A DNA stretch of 64,000 bases from Nemertoderma westbladi (Eukaryota; Animalia; Xenacoelomorpha). The notes below the pieces were generated by a model that was given only the letters and a program-made list of their open reading frames with translations, was not told the DNA's origin and made no database searches. Shown here one piece after another: positions 26,549-39,900 of this stretch (within the stretch, counting starts at the first letter, position 1; each line of letters starts with the position of its first letter). Both the position numbers and the translations under genes were made by a program. The DNA is taken from assembly GCA_032718475.1 (NCBI GenBank), contig JAUCBJ010000765.1:36913-100912 (forward strand), written 5' to 3'.

Positions 26549-26660
26549 AACTAACAATATTTTATATAAGCCGTGGCTCAAGACCCTTACTCGTCATTAA
26601 TATTTATAATTTGAGTATGCTTACGCCACGAAAGGCATCGTTCCATTACATTAACTCACT

Positions 26661-27076
26661 TGATATTTTTACTAAGAGTTCCCTCTATCCACTGCTATTT
26701 TTACTAAGAGTTCCCTCTATCCACTGCTATTTTTACTAAGAGTTCCCTCCATCCACTGCTATTTTTACTAAGAGTTCCCTCTATCCACTGCTATTTTTAC
26801 TAAGAGTTCCCTCTATCCAATGCTATTTTTACTAAGAGTCCCCTCTATGCACTGCCAATAAGAGTTCCCTTTATCCTCTGCTATTTTTACTAAGAGTTCC
26901 CTCTATCCACTGCTATTTTTACTAAGAGTTCCCTCTATCCACAGCTATTTGTGCTAAGAGTTCCCTCTATCCAATGCTATTTTTACTAAGAGATCCCTCT
27001 ATCCACTGCTATTTGTGCTAAGAGTTCCCTCCATCCACTGCTATTTTTACTAAGAGTTCGCTCTATCCACTGCTAT
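26661..27076. repeat. Satellite block 1: about 13 monomers of mostly 32 bp (ACTAAGAGTTCCCTCTATCCACTGCTATTTTT)
   Basis: Direct tandem repeats. The block includes one 26-bp deleted monomer (26831-26856) and some 33-bp variants. Confidence 0.95.
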
Positions 27077-27903
27077 TGTAAGCGGATTCAATTCCCTTGC
27101 ATTATCCACCCGAAAATGGGACCAGTGGCATTTTACCAATATAGTTGGCGATACGAGATTACCAATAATAATCTCGCCTCATAACCAACTCGGGGGGGGG
27201 GGATACAGGCCCTAAAGCCACAGAGAGGGGTGAGAGGTCAAACCACCTCACAGAGAGAACACATCTAGTCAAGGCTAGTGGCAGGGGGTAACACTCACAG
27301 GGAGTGCCAAAGTGACAATTAGTATATAAGCCAATAGCGGGCAGGGGAGCACGTGGGGAAAGATAGGAAAGTATCCATTGGGTAGCAAAGGGCCGAAGTA
27401 GAGTAGAGGTGAAACCAATATCTATGTGAATCAATCATATAGTTATCCTGATTACTGATTTACCGGTCAGTTCATTAATCACAGAGTTGCAGACCGGTTA
27501 TAGTTTTTAACCGTCACTACATCATATGTACACACTGCTGTTGTAATTCTGTATTGCGATTTCAATCATATACTGCCATACATTCTGTACTATTATTATT
27601 GGAAAATTAACATCGAGAAACACAAACTCTGTTATTTTTCCCCAACCGCCTTCGGCCAAAACGACACTAGCCCAGCAGATCAGCAGTCAAGTGACGCGTA
27701 TAAATCTACCCGGTTGGGATCTCAGATCCCATCACAGTTAAAAACTCTCCAACTTACAACCAGAACTGTGACCGCAACACACCAAGATGAGTGAAGGACC
27801 ATGACCTACTATAACTTTACGCCTGCAGCAGCATTCCGGGTCGTGTTATAGTAGGTCATGGAAGGAGGAACGCCCCGAGAATCAGAGGGAGAAAGAACAC
27901 TCT
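27077..27903 (+). mobile_element. LTR-like segment (27077-27758) plus the start of an internal ORF, embedded in the satellite
   Basis: Unique sequence interrupting the array. It begins TGTAAG, has the inverted CTTACA at 27753-27758, and contains a TATA-like TATATAA near 27323. An ATG at 27787 opens a hydrophilic frame once the 63-bp insert is removed. No clear PBS or TSD. Confidence 0.55.
27799..27861. mobile_element. 63-bp miniature inverted-repeat element
   Basis: Perfect 17-bp TIRs CCATGACCTACTATAAC / GTTATAGTAGGTCATGG, flanked by duplicated AAGGA (27794-27798 and 27862-27866). Confidence 0.8.
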
Positions 27904-30900
27904 TCCACTGCTATTTTTTACTAAGAGTTCCCTCTATCCACTGCTATTTATTCTAACTAAGAGTTCCATCTATCCACTGCTATTTATTCTAACTAAGAGT
28001 TCCATCTATCCACTGCTATTTATTCTAACTATGAGTTCCATCTATCCACTGCTATTTATTCTAACTATGAGTTCCATCTATACACTGCTATTTATTCTAA
28101 CTAAGAGTTCCATCTATCCACTGCTATTTATTCTAACTATGAGTTCCATCTATCCACTGCTATTTATTCTAACTAAGAGTTCCATCTATCCACTGCTATT
28201 TATTCTAACTATGAGTTCCCTCTATCCACTGCTATTTATTCTAACTAAGAGTTCCATCTATCCACTGCTATTTATTCTAACTAAGAGTTCCATCTATCCA
28301 CTGCTATTTATTCTAACTATGAGTTCCCTCTATCCACTGCTATTTACTCTAACTAAGAGTTCCCTCTATCCACTGCTATTTATTCTAACTAAGAGTTCCC
28401 TTTATCCACTGCTATTTACTCTAACTAAGAGTTCCCTCTACCCACTGCTATTTATTCTAAATAAGAGTTCCCTCTATCCTCTGCTATTTATTCTAACTAA
28501 GAGTTCCATCTATCCACTGCTATTTATTCTAACTAAGAGTTCCATCTATCCACTGCTATTTATTCTAACTATGAGTTCCATCTATCCACTGCTATTTATT
28601 CTAACTATGAGTTCCATCTATCCACTGCTATTTATTTTAACTAAGAGTTCCATCTATCCACTGCTATTTATTCTAACTATGAGTTCCATCTATCCACTGC
28701 TATTTATTCTAACTAAGAGTTCCATCTATCCACTGCTATTTATTCTAACTATGAGTTCCCTCTATCCACTGCTATTTATTCTAACTAAGAGTTCCATCTA
28801 TCCACTGCTATTTATTCTAACTAAGAGTTCCATCTATCCACTGCTATTTATTCTAACTATGAGTTCCCTCTATCCACTGCTATTTACTCTAACTAAGAGT
28901 TCCCTCTATCCACTGCTATTTATTCTAACTATGAGTTCCCTCTATCCACTGCTATTTATTCTAACTAAGAGTTCCCTTTATCCACTGCTATTTACTCTAA
29001 CTAAGAGTTCCCTCTACCCACTGCTATTTATTCTAAATAAGAGTTCCCTCTATCCACTGCTATTTATTCTAACTAAGAGTTCCCTCTATCAACTGCTATT
29101 TATTCTAAATAAGAGTTCCCTCTATCCACTGCTATTTATTCTAAATAAGAGTTCCCTCTATCCACTGTTATTTATTCTAAATAAGAGTTCCCTCTATCCA
29201 CTGCTATTTATTCTAACTAAGATTTTCATCTATCCACTGCTATTTATTCTAACTAAGAGTTCCATCTATCCACTGATATTTATTCTAACTATGAGTTCCC
29301 TCTATCCACTGCTATTTATTCTAACTATGAGTTCCATCTATCCACTGCTATTTATTCTAAATTAGAGTTCCCTTTATCCACTGCTATTTATTCTAACTAA
29401 GAGTTCCATCAATCCACTGCTATTTATTCTAACTAAGAGTTCCCTCTATCCACTGCTATTTATTCTAACTAAGAGTTCCATCTATCCACTGCTATTTATT
29501 CTAACTAAGAGTTCCATCTATCCACTGCTATTTATTCTAAATAAGAGTTCCATCTATCCACTGCTATTTATTCTAAATAAGAGTTCCATCTATCCACTGC
29601 TATTTATTCTAACTAAGAGTTCCGCCTATCAACTGCTATTTTTACAAAGAGTCCCCTTTATCCACTGCCACTAAGTGTTCCATCTATCCACTGCTATTTA
29701 TTCTAACTATGAGTTCCCTCTATCCACTGCTATTTATTCTAACTAAGATTTTCATCTATCCACTGCTATTTATTATAAATAAGAGTTCCTTCTATCCACT
29801 GCTATTTATTCTAACTATGAGTTCCATCTATCCACTGCTATTTATTCCAACTAAGAGTTCCCTCTATCCACTGCTATTTATTCTAACTATGAGTTCCATC
29901 TATCCACTGCTATTTATTCTAACTAAGAGTTCCGCCTATCAACTGCTATTTTTACAAAGAGTCCCCTTTATCCACTGCCACTAAGTGTTCCATCTATCCA
30001 CTGCTATTTATTCTAACTATGAGTTCCATCTATCCACTGCTATTTATTCTAACTATGAGTTCCCTCTATCCACTGCTATTTATTCTAACTAAGAGTTCCA
30101 TCTATCCACTGCTATTTACTCTAACTAAGAGTTCCCTCTATCCACTGCTATTTATTCTAACTAAGAGTTCCATCTATCCACTGCTATTTACTCTAACTAA
30201 GAGTTCCCTCTATCCACTGCTATTTTTTACTAAGAGTTCCATCTATCCACTGCTATTTATTCTAACTAAGAGTTCCCTCTATCCACTGCTATTTATTCTA
30301 ACTAAGAGTTCCCTCTATCCACTGCTATTTATTCTAACTAAGAGTTCCCTCTATCCACTGCTATTTATTCTAACTAAGAGTTCCCTTTATCCACTGATAT
30401 ATATTCTAAGTAAGAGTTCCGTCTATTCACTGCTATTTATTCTAACTAAGAGTTCCCTCTATCCACTGCTATTTATTCTACCTAAGATTTCCCTCTATCC
30501 ACTGTTATTTATTCTAACTAAGAGTTCCATCTATTCACTGCTATTTATTCTAACTAAGAGTTCCCTCTATCCACTGCTATTTATTCTAACTAAGAGTTCC
30601 CTCTATCCACTGCTATTTATTCTAACTAAGAGTTCCCTCTATCCACTGCTATTTATTCTAACTAAGAGTTCCCTTTATCCACTGATATATATTCTAAGTA
30701 AGAGTTCCGTCTATTCACTGCTATTTATTCTAACTAAGAGTTCCATCTATCCACTGCTATTTATTCTAACTAAGAGTTCCATCTATCCACTGCTATTTAT
30801 TCTAACTAAGAGTTCCCTCTATCCACTGATATTTATTCTAACTAAGAGTTCCCTTTATCCACTGATATATATTCTAAGTAAGAGTTCCGTCTATTCACTG

Positions 30901-33900
30901 CTATTTATTCTAACTATGAGTTCCCTCTATCCACTGCTATTTATTCTAACTAAGATTTTCATCTATCCACTGCTATTTATTCTAACTAAGAGTTCCCTTT
31001 ATCCACTGATATATATTCTAAGTAAGAGTTCCGTCTATTCACTGCTATTTATTCTAACTAAGAGTTCCATCTATCCACTGCTATTTATTCTAACTAAGAG
31101 TTCCATCTATCCACTGCTATTTATTCTAACTAAGAGTTCCCTCTATCCACTGCTATTTATTCTAACTATGAGTTCCCTCTATCCACTGCTATTTATTCTA
31201 ACTAAGAGTTCCCTCTATCCACTGCTATTTATTCTAACTAAGAGTTCCCTTTATCCACTGATATATATTCTAAGTAAGAGTTCCGTCTATTCACTGCTAT
31301 TTATTCTAACTAAGAGTTCCATCTATCCACTGCTATTTATTCTAACTAAGAGTTCCATCTATCCACTGATATTTATTCTAACTAAGAGTTCCCTTTATCC
31401 ACTGATATATATTCTAAGTAAGAGTTCCGTCTATTCACTGCTATTTATTCTAACTATGAGTTCCCTCTATCCACTGCTATTTATTCTAACTAAGATTTTC
31501 ATCTATCCACTGCTATTTATTCTAACTAAGAGTTCCCTTTATCCACTGATATATATTCTAAGTAAGAGTTCCGTCTATTCACTGCTATTTATTCTAACTA
31601 AGAGTTCCATCTATCCACTGCTATTTATTCTAACTAAGAGTTCCATCTATCCACTGCTATTTATTCTAACTAAGAGTTCCCTCTATCCACTGCTATTTAT
31701 TCTAACTATGAGTTCCCTCTATCCACTGCTATTTATTCTAACTAAGAGTTCCCTCTATCCACTGCTATTTATTCTAACTAAGAGTTCCCTTTATCCACTG
31801 ATATATATTCTAAGTAAGAGTTCCGTCTATTCACTGCTATTTATTCTAACTAAGAGTTCCATCTATCCACTGCTATTTATTCTAACTAAGAGTTCTCTCT
31901 ATCCACTGCTATTTATTCTAACTAAGAGTTCCCTTTATCCACTGATATATATTCTAAGTAAGAGTTCCGTCTATTCACTGCTATTTATTCTAACTATGAG
32001 TTCCCTCTATCCACTGCTATTAATTCTAACTAAGATTTTCATCTATCCACTGCTATTTATTCTAACTAAGTGTTCCCTCTATCCACTGCTATTTATTCTA
32101 ACTAAGTGTTCCCTCTATCCACTGCTATTTATTCTAACTAAGAGTTCCCTTTATCCACTGATATATATTCTAAGTAAGAGTTCCGTCTATTCACTGCTAT
32201 TTATTCTAACTATGAGTTCCCTCTATCCACTGCTATTTATTCTAACTACGAGTTCCCTCTATCCACTGCTATTTATTCTAACTAAGAGTTCCATCTATCC
32301 ACTGCTATTTATTCTAACTAAGAGTTCCATCTATCCACTGCTATTTATTCTAAGATTTTTATCTATCCACTGATATTTATTCTAACTAAGAGTTCCATCT
32401 ATTCACTGCTATTTATTCTAACTAAGTGTTCCCTCTATCCACTGCTATTTATTTTAACTATGAGTTCCCTCTATCCACTGCTATTTATTCTAACTAAGAG
32501 TTCCCTTTATCCACTGATATATATTCTAAGTAAGAGTTCCGTCTATTCACTGCTATTTATTCTAACTAAGAGTTCCATCTATCCACTGCTATTTACTCTA
32601 ACTAAGAGTTCCCTCTATCCACTGCTATTTATTATAACTAAGATTTTCATCTATCCACTGCTATTTATTCTAACTAAGAGTTCCATCTATCCACTGCTAT
32701 TTATTCTAACTATGAGTTCCATCTATCCTCTGCTATATATTCTAAGTAAGAGTTCCCTCTATCCACTGCTATTTATTCTAACTAAGTGTTCCCTCTATCC
32801 ACTGCTATTTATTTTAACTATGAGTTCCCTCTATCCACTGCTATTTATTCTAACTAAGAGTTCCCTTTATCCACTGATATATATTCTAAGTAAGAGTTCC
32901 GTCTATTCACTGCTATTTATTCTAACTAAGAGTTCCCTCTATCCACTGCTATTTATTCTAACTAAGAGTTCCCTCTATCCACTGCTATTTATTCTAAATA
33001 AGAGTTCCATCTATCCACTGCTATTTATTCTAACTAAGAGTTCCCTCTATCCACTGCTATTTATTCTAAATAAGAGTTCCATCTATCCACTGCTATTTAT
33101 TCTAACTAAGAGTTCCCTCTATCCACTACTATTTATTCTAACTAAGTGTTCCATCTATCCACTGCTATTTATTCTAACTAAGATTTCCCTCTATCCACTG
33201 CTATTTATTCTAACTAAGAGTTCCATCTATCCACTGCTATTTATTATAACTAAGAGTTCCGCCTATCAACTGCTATTTTTACAAAGAGTCCCCTTTATCC
33301 ACTGCCACTAAGTGTTCCTTCTATCCACTGCTATTTATTCTAAATAAGAGTTCCCTCTATCCACTACTATTTATTCTAACTAAGAGTTCCGCCTATCAAC
33401 TGCTATTTTTACAAAGAGTCCCCTTTATCCACTGCCACTAAGTGTTCCTTCTATCCACTGCTATTTATTCTAACTAAGAGTTCCCTCTATCCACTGATAT
33501 TTATTCTAACTAAGAGTTCCCTTTATCCACTGATATATATTCTAAGTAAGAGTTCCGTCTATTCACTGCTATTTATTCTAACTATGAGTTCCCTCTATCC
33601 ACTGCTATTTATTCTAACTAAGATTTTCATCTATCCACTGCTATTTATTCTAACTAAGAGTTCCCTTTATCCACTGATATATATTCTAAGTAAGAGTTCC
33701 GTCTATTCACTGCTATTTATTCTAACTAAGAGTTCCATCTATCCACTGCTATTTATTCTAACTAAGAGTTCCATCTATCCACTGCTATTTATTCTAACTA
33801 AGAGTTCCCTCTATCCACTGCTATTTATTCTAACTATGAGTTCCCTCTATCCACTGCTATTTATTCTAACTAAGAGTTCCATCTATCCACTGCTATTTAT

Positions 33901-36900
33901 TCTAACTATGAGTTCCCTCTATCCACTGCTATTTATTCTAACTAAGAGTTCCCTCTATCCACTGCTATTTATTCTAACTATGAGTTCCCTCTATCCACTG
34001 CTATTTATTCTAACTAAGAGTTCCCTCTATCCACTGCTATTTATTCTAACTAAGAGTTCCATCTATCCACTGCTATTTATTCTAACTACGAGTTCCCTCT
34101 ATCCACTGCTATTTATTCTAACTAAGAGTTCCCTTTATCCACTGATATATATTCTAAGTAAGAGTTCCGTCTATTCACTGCTATTTATTCTAACTAAGAG
34201 TTCCATCTATCCACTGCTATTTATTCTAACTAAGAGTTCCATCTATCCACTGCTATTTATTCTAACTAAGAGTTCCCTCTATCCACTGCTATTTATTCTA
34301 ACTAAGAGTTCCCTTTATCCACTGATATATATTCTAAGTAAGAGTTCCGTCTATTCACTGCTATTTATTCTAACTAAGAGTTCCCTCTATCCACTGCTAT
34401 TTATTCTAACTAAGAGTTCCCTTTATCCACTGATATATATTCTAAGTAAGAGTTCCGTCTATTCACTGCTATTTATTCTAACTAAGAGTTCCCTTTATCC
34501 ACTGATATATATTCTAAGTAAGAGTTCCGTCTATTCACTGCTATTTATTCTAACTAAGAGTTCCGTCTATCTACTGCTACTTATTCTAACTAAGTGTTCC
34601 CTCTATCCACTGCTATTTATTTTAACTAAGAGTTCCGTCTATTCACTGCTATTTATTCTAACTAAGAGTTCCCTCTATCCACTGCTATTTATTCTAACTA
34701 AGAGTTCCCTTTATCCACTGATATATATTCTAAGTAAGAGTTCCGTCTATTCACTGCTATTTATTCTAACTAAGAGTTCCGTCTATCTACTGCTATTTAT
34801 TCTAACTAAGAGTTCCGTCTATCTACTGCTATTTATTCTAACTAAGATTTCCCTCTATCCACTGTTATTTATTCTAACTAAGATTTCCCTCTATCCACTG
34901 CTATTTATTCTAACTAAGAGTTCCCTTTATCAACTGATATATATTCTAAGTAAGAGTTCCGTCTATTCACTGCTATTTATTCTAACTAAGAGTTCCGTCT
35001 ATCTACTGCTATTTATTCTAACTAAGAGTTCCCTCTATCCACTGCTATTTATTCTAACTAAGATTTCCCTCTATCCACTGCTATTTATTCTAACTAAGAG
35101 TTCCCTCTATCCACTGCTATTTATTCTAACTAAGAGTTCCCTCTATCCACTGCTATTTATTCTAACTAAGATTTCCCTCTATCCACTGTTATTTATTCTA
35201 ACTAAGATTTCCCTCTATCCACTGCTATTTATTCTAACTAAGAGTTCCCTCTATCCACTGCTATTTATTCTAACTAAGATTTCCCTCTATCCACTGTTAT
35301 TTATTCTAACTAAGATTTCCCTCTATCCACTGCTATTTATTCTAACTAAGAGTTCCCTTTATCCACTGATATATATTCTAAGTAAGAGTTCCGTCTATTC
35401 ACTGCTATTTATTCTAACTAAGAGTTCCGTCTATCTACTGCTATTTATTCTAACTAAGAGTTCCGTCTATCTACTGCTATTTATTCTAACTAAGATTTCC
35501 CTCTATCCACTGTTATTTATTCTAACTAAGATTTCCCTCTATCCACTGCTATTTATTCCAACTAAGAGTTCCCTATATCCACTGTTATTTATTCCAACTA
35601 AGAGTTCCCTATATCCACTGTTATTTATTCTAACTAAGAGTTCCCTCTATCCACTGCTATTTATTCTAACTAAGAGTTCCCTTTATCCACTGATATATAT
35701 TCTAAGTAAGAGTTCCGTCTATTCACTGCTATTTATTCTAACTAAGAGTTCCGTCTATCTACTGCTATTTATTCTAACTAAGATTTCCCTCTATCCACTG
35801 TTATTTATTCTAACTAAGATTTCCCTCTATCCACTGCTATTTATTCCAACTAAGAGTTCCCTATATCCACTGTTATTTATTCTAACTAAGAGTTCCCTTT
35901 ATCTACTGCTATTTATTCTAACTAAGAGTTCTGTCTATCCACTGCTATATATTCTAACTAAGAGTTCCGTCTATCTACTTCTATTTATTCTAACTAAGAG
36001 TTCCCTCTATCCACTGCTATTTATTTTAACTAAGAGTTCCATCTATCCACTGCTATTTATTCTAACTAAGAGTTCCCTCTATCCACTGCTATTTATTCTT
36101 ACCTAGAGTTCCCTTTATCCACTGCTATTTATTCTAACTTAGAGTTCCCTTTATCCACTGCTATTTATTCTAACTAAGAGTTCCATCTATCCACTGCTAT
36201 TTATTCTAACTAAGGGTTCCCTCTATCCACTGCTATTTATTCTAACTAAGAGTTCCCTTTATCCACTGATATATATTCTAAGTAAGAGTTCCGTCTATTC
36301 ACTGCTATTTATTCTAACTAAGAGTTCCATCTATCCACTGCTATTTATTCTAACTAAGAGTTCCATCTATCCACTGCTATTTATTCTAACTAAGAGTTCC
36401 CTCTATCCACTGCTATTTATTCTAACTAAGAGTTCCCTTTATCCACTGATATATATTCTAAGTAAGAGTTCCGTCTATTCACTGCTATTTATTCTAACTA
36501 TGAGTTCCCTCTATCCACTGCTATTTATTCTAACTAAGATTTTCATCTATCCACTGCTATTTATTCTAACTAAGTGTTCCCTCTATCCACTGCTATTTAT
36601 TCTAACTAAGTGTTCCCTCTATCCACTGCTATTTATTCTAACTAAGAGTTCCCTTTATCCACTGATATATATTCTAAGTAAGAGTTCCGTCTATTCACTG
36701 CTATTTATTCTAACTATGAGTTCCCTCTATCCACTGCTATTTATTCTAACTACGAGTTCCCTCTATCCACTGCTATTTATTCTAACTAAGAGTTCCATCT
36801 ATCCACTGCTATTTATTCTAACTAAGAGTTCCATCTATCCACTGCTATTTACTCTAACTAAGAGTTCCCTCTATCCACTGCTATTTATTCTAACTAAGAT

Positions 36901-39900
36901 TTTCATCTATCCACTGCTATTTATTCTAACTAAGTGTTCCCTCTATCCACTGCTATTTATTTTAACTATGAGTTCCCTCTATCCACTGCTATTTATTCTA
37001 ACTAAGAGTTCCCTTTATCCACTGATATATATTCTAAGTAAGAGTTCCGTCTATTCACTGCTATTTATTCTAACTAAGAGTTCCATCTATCCACTGCTAT
37101 TTACTCTAACTAAGAGTTCCCTCTATCCACTGCTATTTATTCTAACTAAGATTTTAATCTATCCACTGCTATTTATTCTAACTAAGAGTTCCATCTATCC
37201 ACTGCTATTTATTCTAACTATGAGTTCCATCTATCCACTGCTATTTATTCTAACTAAGAGTTCCCTTTATCCACTGATATATATTCTAAGTAAGAGTTCC
37301 GTCTATTCACTGCTATTTATTCTAACTAAGAGTTCCCTCTATCCACTGCTATTTATTCTAACTAAGAGTTCCCTCTATCCACTGCTATTTATTCTAAATA
37401 AGAGTTCCATCTATCCACTGCTATTTATTCTAACTAAGAGTTCCGCCTATCAACTGCTATTTTTACAAAGAGTCCCCTTTATCCACTGCCACTAAGTGTT
37501 CCTTCTATCCACTGCTATTTATTCTAAATAAGAGTTCCCTCTATCCACTACTATTTATTCTAACTAAGAGTTCCGCCTATCAACTGCTATTTTTACAAAG
37601 AGTCCCCTTTATCCACTGCCACTAAGTGTTCCATCTATCCACTGCTATTTATTCTAACTATGAGTTCCATCTATCCACTGCTATTTATTCTAACTATGAG
37701 TTCCCTCTATCCACTGCTATTTATTCTAACTAAGAGTTCCATCTATCCACTGCTATTTATTTTAACTAAGAGTTCCATCTATCCACTGCTATTTATTCTA
37801 ACTAAGAGTTCCCTCTATCCACTGCTATTTATTCTAACTAAGAGTTCCCTCTATCCACTGCTATTTATTCTAACTATGAGTTCCCTCTATCCACTGCTAT
37901 TTATTCTAACTAAGAGTTCCCTTTATCCACTGATATATATTCTAAGTAAGAGTTCCGTCTATTCACTGCTATTTATTCTAACTAAGAGTTCCCTCTATCC
38001 ACTGCTATTTATTCTAACTAAGAGTTCCCTTTATCCACTGATATATATTCTAAGTAAGAGTTCCGTCTATTCACTGCTATTCATTCTAACTAAGAGTTCC
38101 CTTTATCCACTGATATATATTCTAAGTAAGAGTTCCGTCTATTCACTGCTATTTATTCTAACTAAGAGTTCCGTCTATCTACTGCTACTTATTCTAACTA
38201 AGTGTTCCCTCTATCCACTGCTATTTATTTTAACTAAGAGTTCCGTCTATTCACTGCTATTTATTCTAACTAAGAGTTCCCTCTATCCACTGCTATTTAT
38301 TCTAACTAAGAGTTCCCTTTATCCACTGATATATATTCTAAGTAAGAGTTCCGTCTATTCACTGCTATTTATTCTAACTAAGAGTTCCGTCTATCTACTG
38401 CTATTTATTCTAACTAAGAGTTCCGTCTATCTACTGCTATTTATTCTAACTAAGATTTCCCTCTATCCACTGTTATTTATTCTAACTAAGATTTCCCTCT
38501 ATCCACTGCTATTTATTCTAACTAAGAGTTCCCTTTATCCACTGATATATATTCTAAGTAAGAGTTCCTTCTATTCACTGCTATTTATTCTAACTAAGAG
38601 TTCCGTCTATCTACTGCTATTTATTCTAACTAAGAGTTCCCTCTATCCACTGCTATTTATTCTAACTAAGATTTCCCTCTATCCACTGCTATTTATTCTA
38701 ACTAAGAGTTCCCTCTATCCACTGCTATTTATTCTAACTAAGATTTCCCTCTATCCACTGCTATTTATTCTAACTAAGAGTTCCCTTTATCCACTGCTAT
38801 TTATTCTAACTATGAGTTCCATCTATCCTCTGCTATTTATTCTAACTAAGATTTCCCTCTATCCACTGCTATTTATTCTAACTAAGAGTTCCCTTTATCC
38901 ACTGATATATATTCTAAGTAAGAGTTCCGTCTATTCACTGCTATTTATTCTAACTAAGAGTTCCGTCTATCTACTGCTATTTATTCTAACTAAGAGTTCC
39001 GTCTATCTACTGCTATTTATTCTAACTAAGATTTCCCTCTATCCACTGTTATTTATTCTAACTAAGATTTCCCTCTATCCACTGCTATTTATTCCAACTA
39101 AGAGTTCCCTATATCCACTGTTATTTATTCCAACTAAGAGTTCCCTATATCCACTGTTATTTATTCTAACTAAGAGTTCCCTCTATCCACTGCTATTTAT
39201 TCTAACTAAGAGTTCCCTTTATCCACTGATATATATTCTAAGTAAGAGTTCCGTCTATTCACTGCTATTTATTCTAACTAAGAGTTCCGTCTATCTACTG
39301 CTATTTATTCTAACTAAGATTTCCCTCTATCCACTGTTATTTATTCTAACTAAGATTTCCCTCTATCCACTGCTATTTATTCCAACTAAGAGTTCCCTAT
39401 ATCCACTGTTATTTATTCTAACTAAGAGTTCCCTTTATCTACTGCTATTTATTCTAACTAAGAGTTCTGTCTATCCACTGCTATATATTCTAACTAAGAG
39501 TTCCGTCTATCTACTTCTATTTATTCTAACTAAGAGTTCCCTCTATCCACTGCTATTTATTTTAACTAAGAGTTCCATCTATCCACTGCTATTTATTCTA
39601 ACTAAGAGTTCCCTCTATCCACTGCTATTTATTCTTACCTAGAGTTCCCTTTATCCACTGCTATTTATTCTAACTTAGAGTTCCCTTTATCCACTGCTAT
39701 TTATTCTAACTAAGAGTTCCATCTATCCACTGCTATTTATTCTAACTAAGGGTTCCCTCTATCCACTGCTATTTATTCTAACTAAGAGTTCCCTTTATCC
39801 ACTGATATATATTCTAAGTAAGAGTTCCGTCTATTCACTGCTATTTATTCTAACTAAGAGTTCCATCTATCCACTGCTATTTATTCTAACTAAGAGTTCC

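Larger units (their letters stand above)
24499..26660 (+). mobile_element. 5'-truncated, decayed Penelope-like element (PLE): C-terminal half of RT, Cys-rich linker, GIY-YIG endonuclease and AT-rich 3' region
   Basis: RT motifs 'YLQIAGAPMG', 'VDDV', 'IQFTME', 'VDYLDLTI', 'TRLFRKP', 'YSSFH', 'SEILRIRR' and 'NRGYP' appear in PLE order, followed by 'CNGPRCKCC' and the endonuclease. Both boundaries are approximate. Confidence 0.85.
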
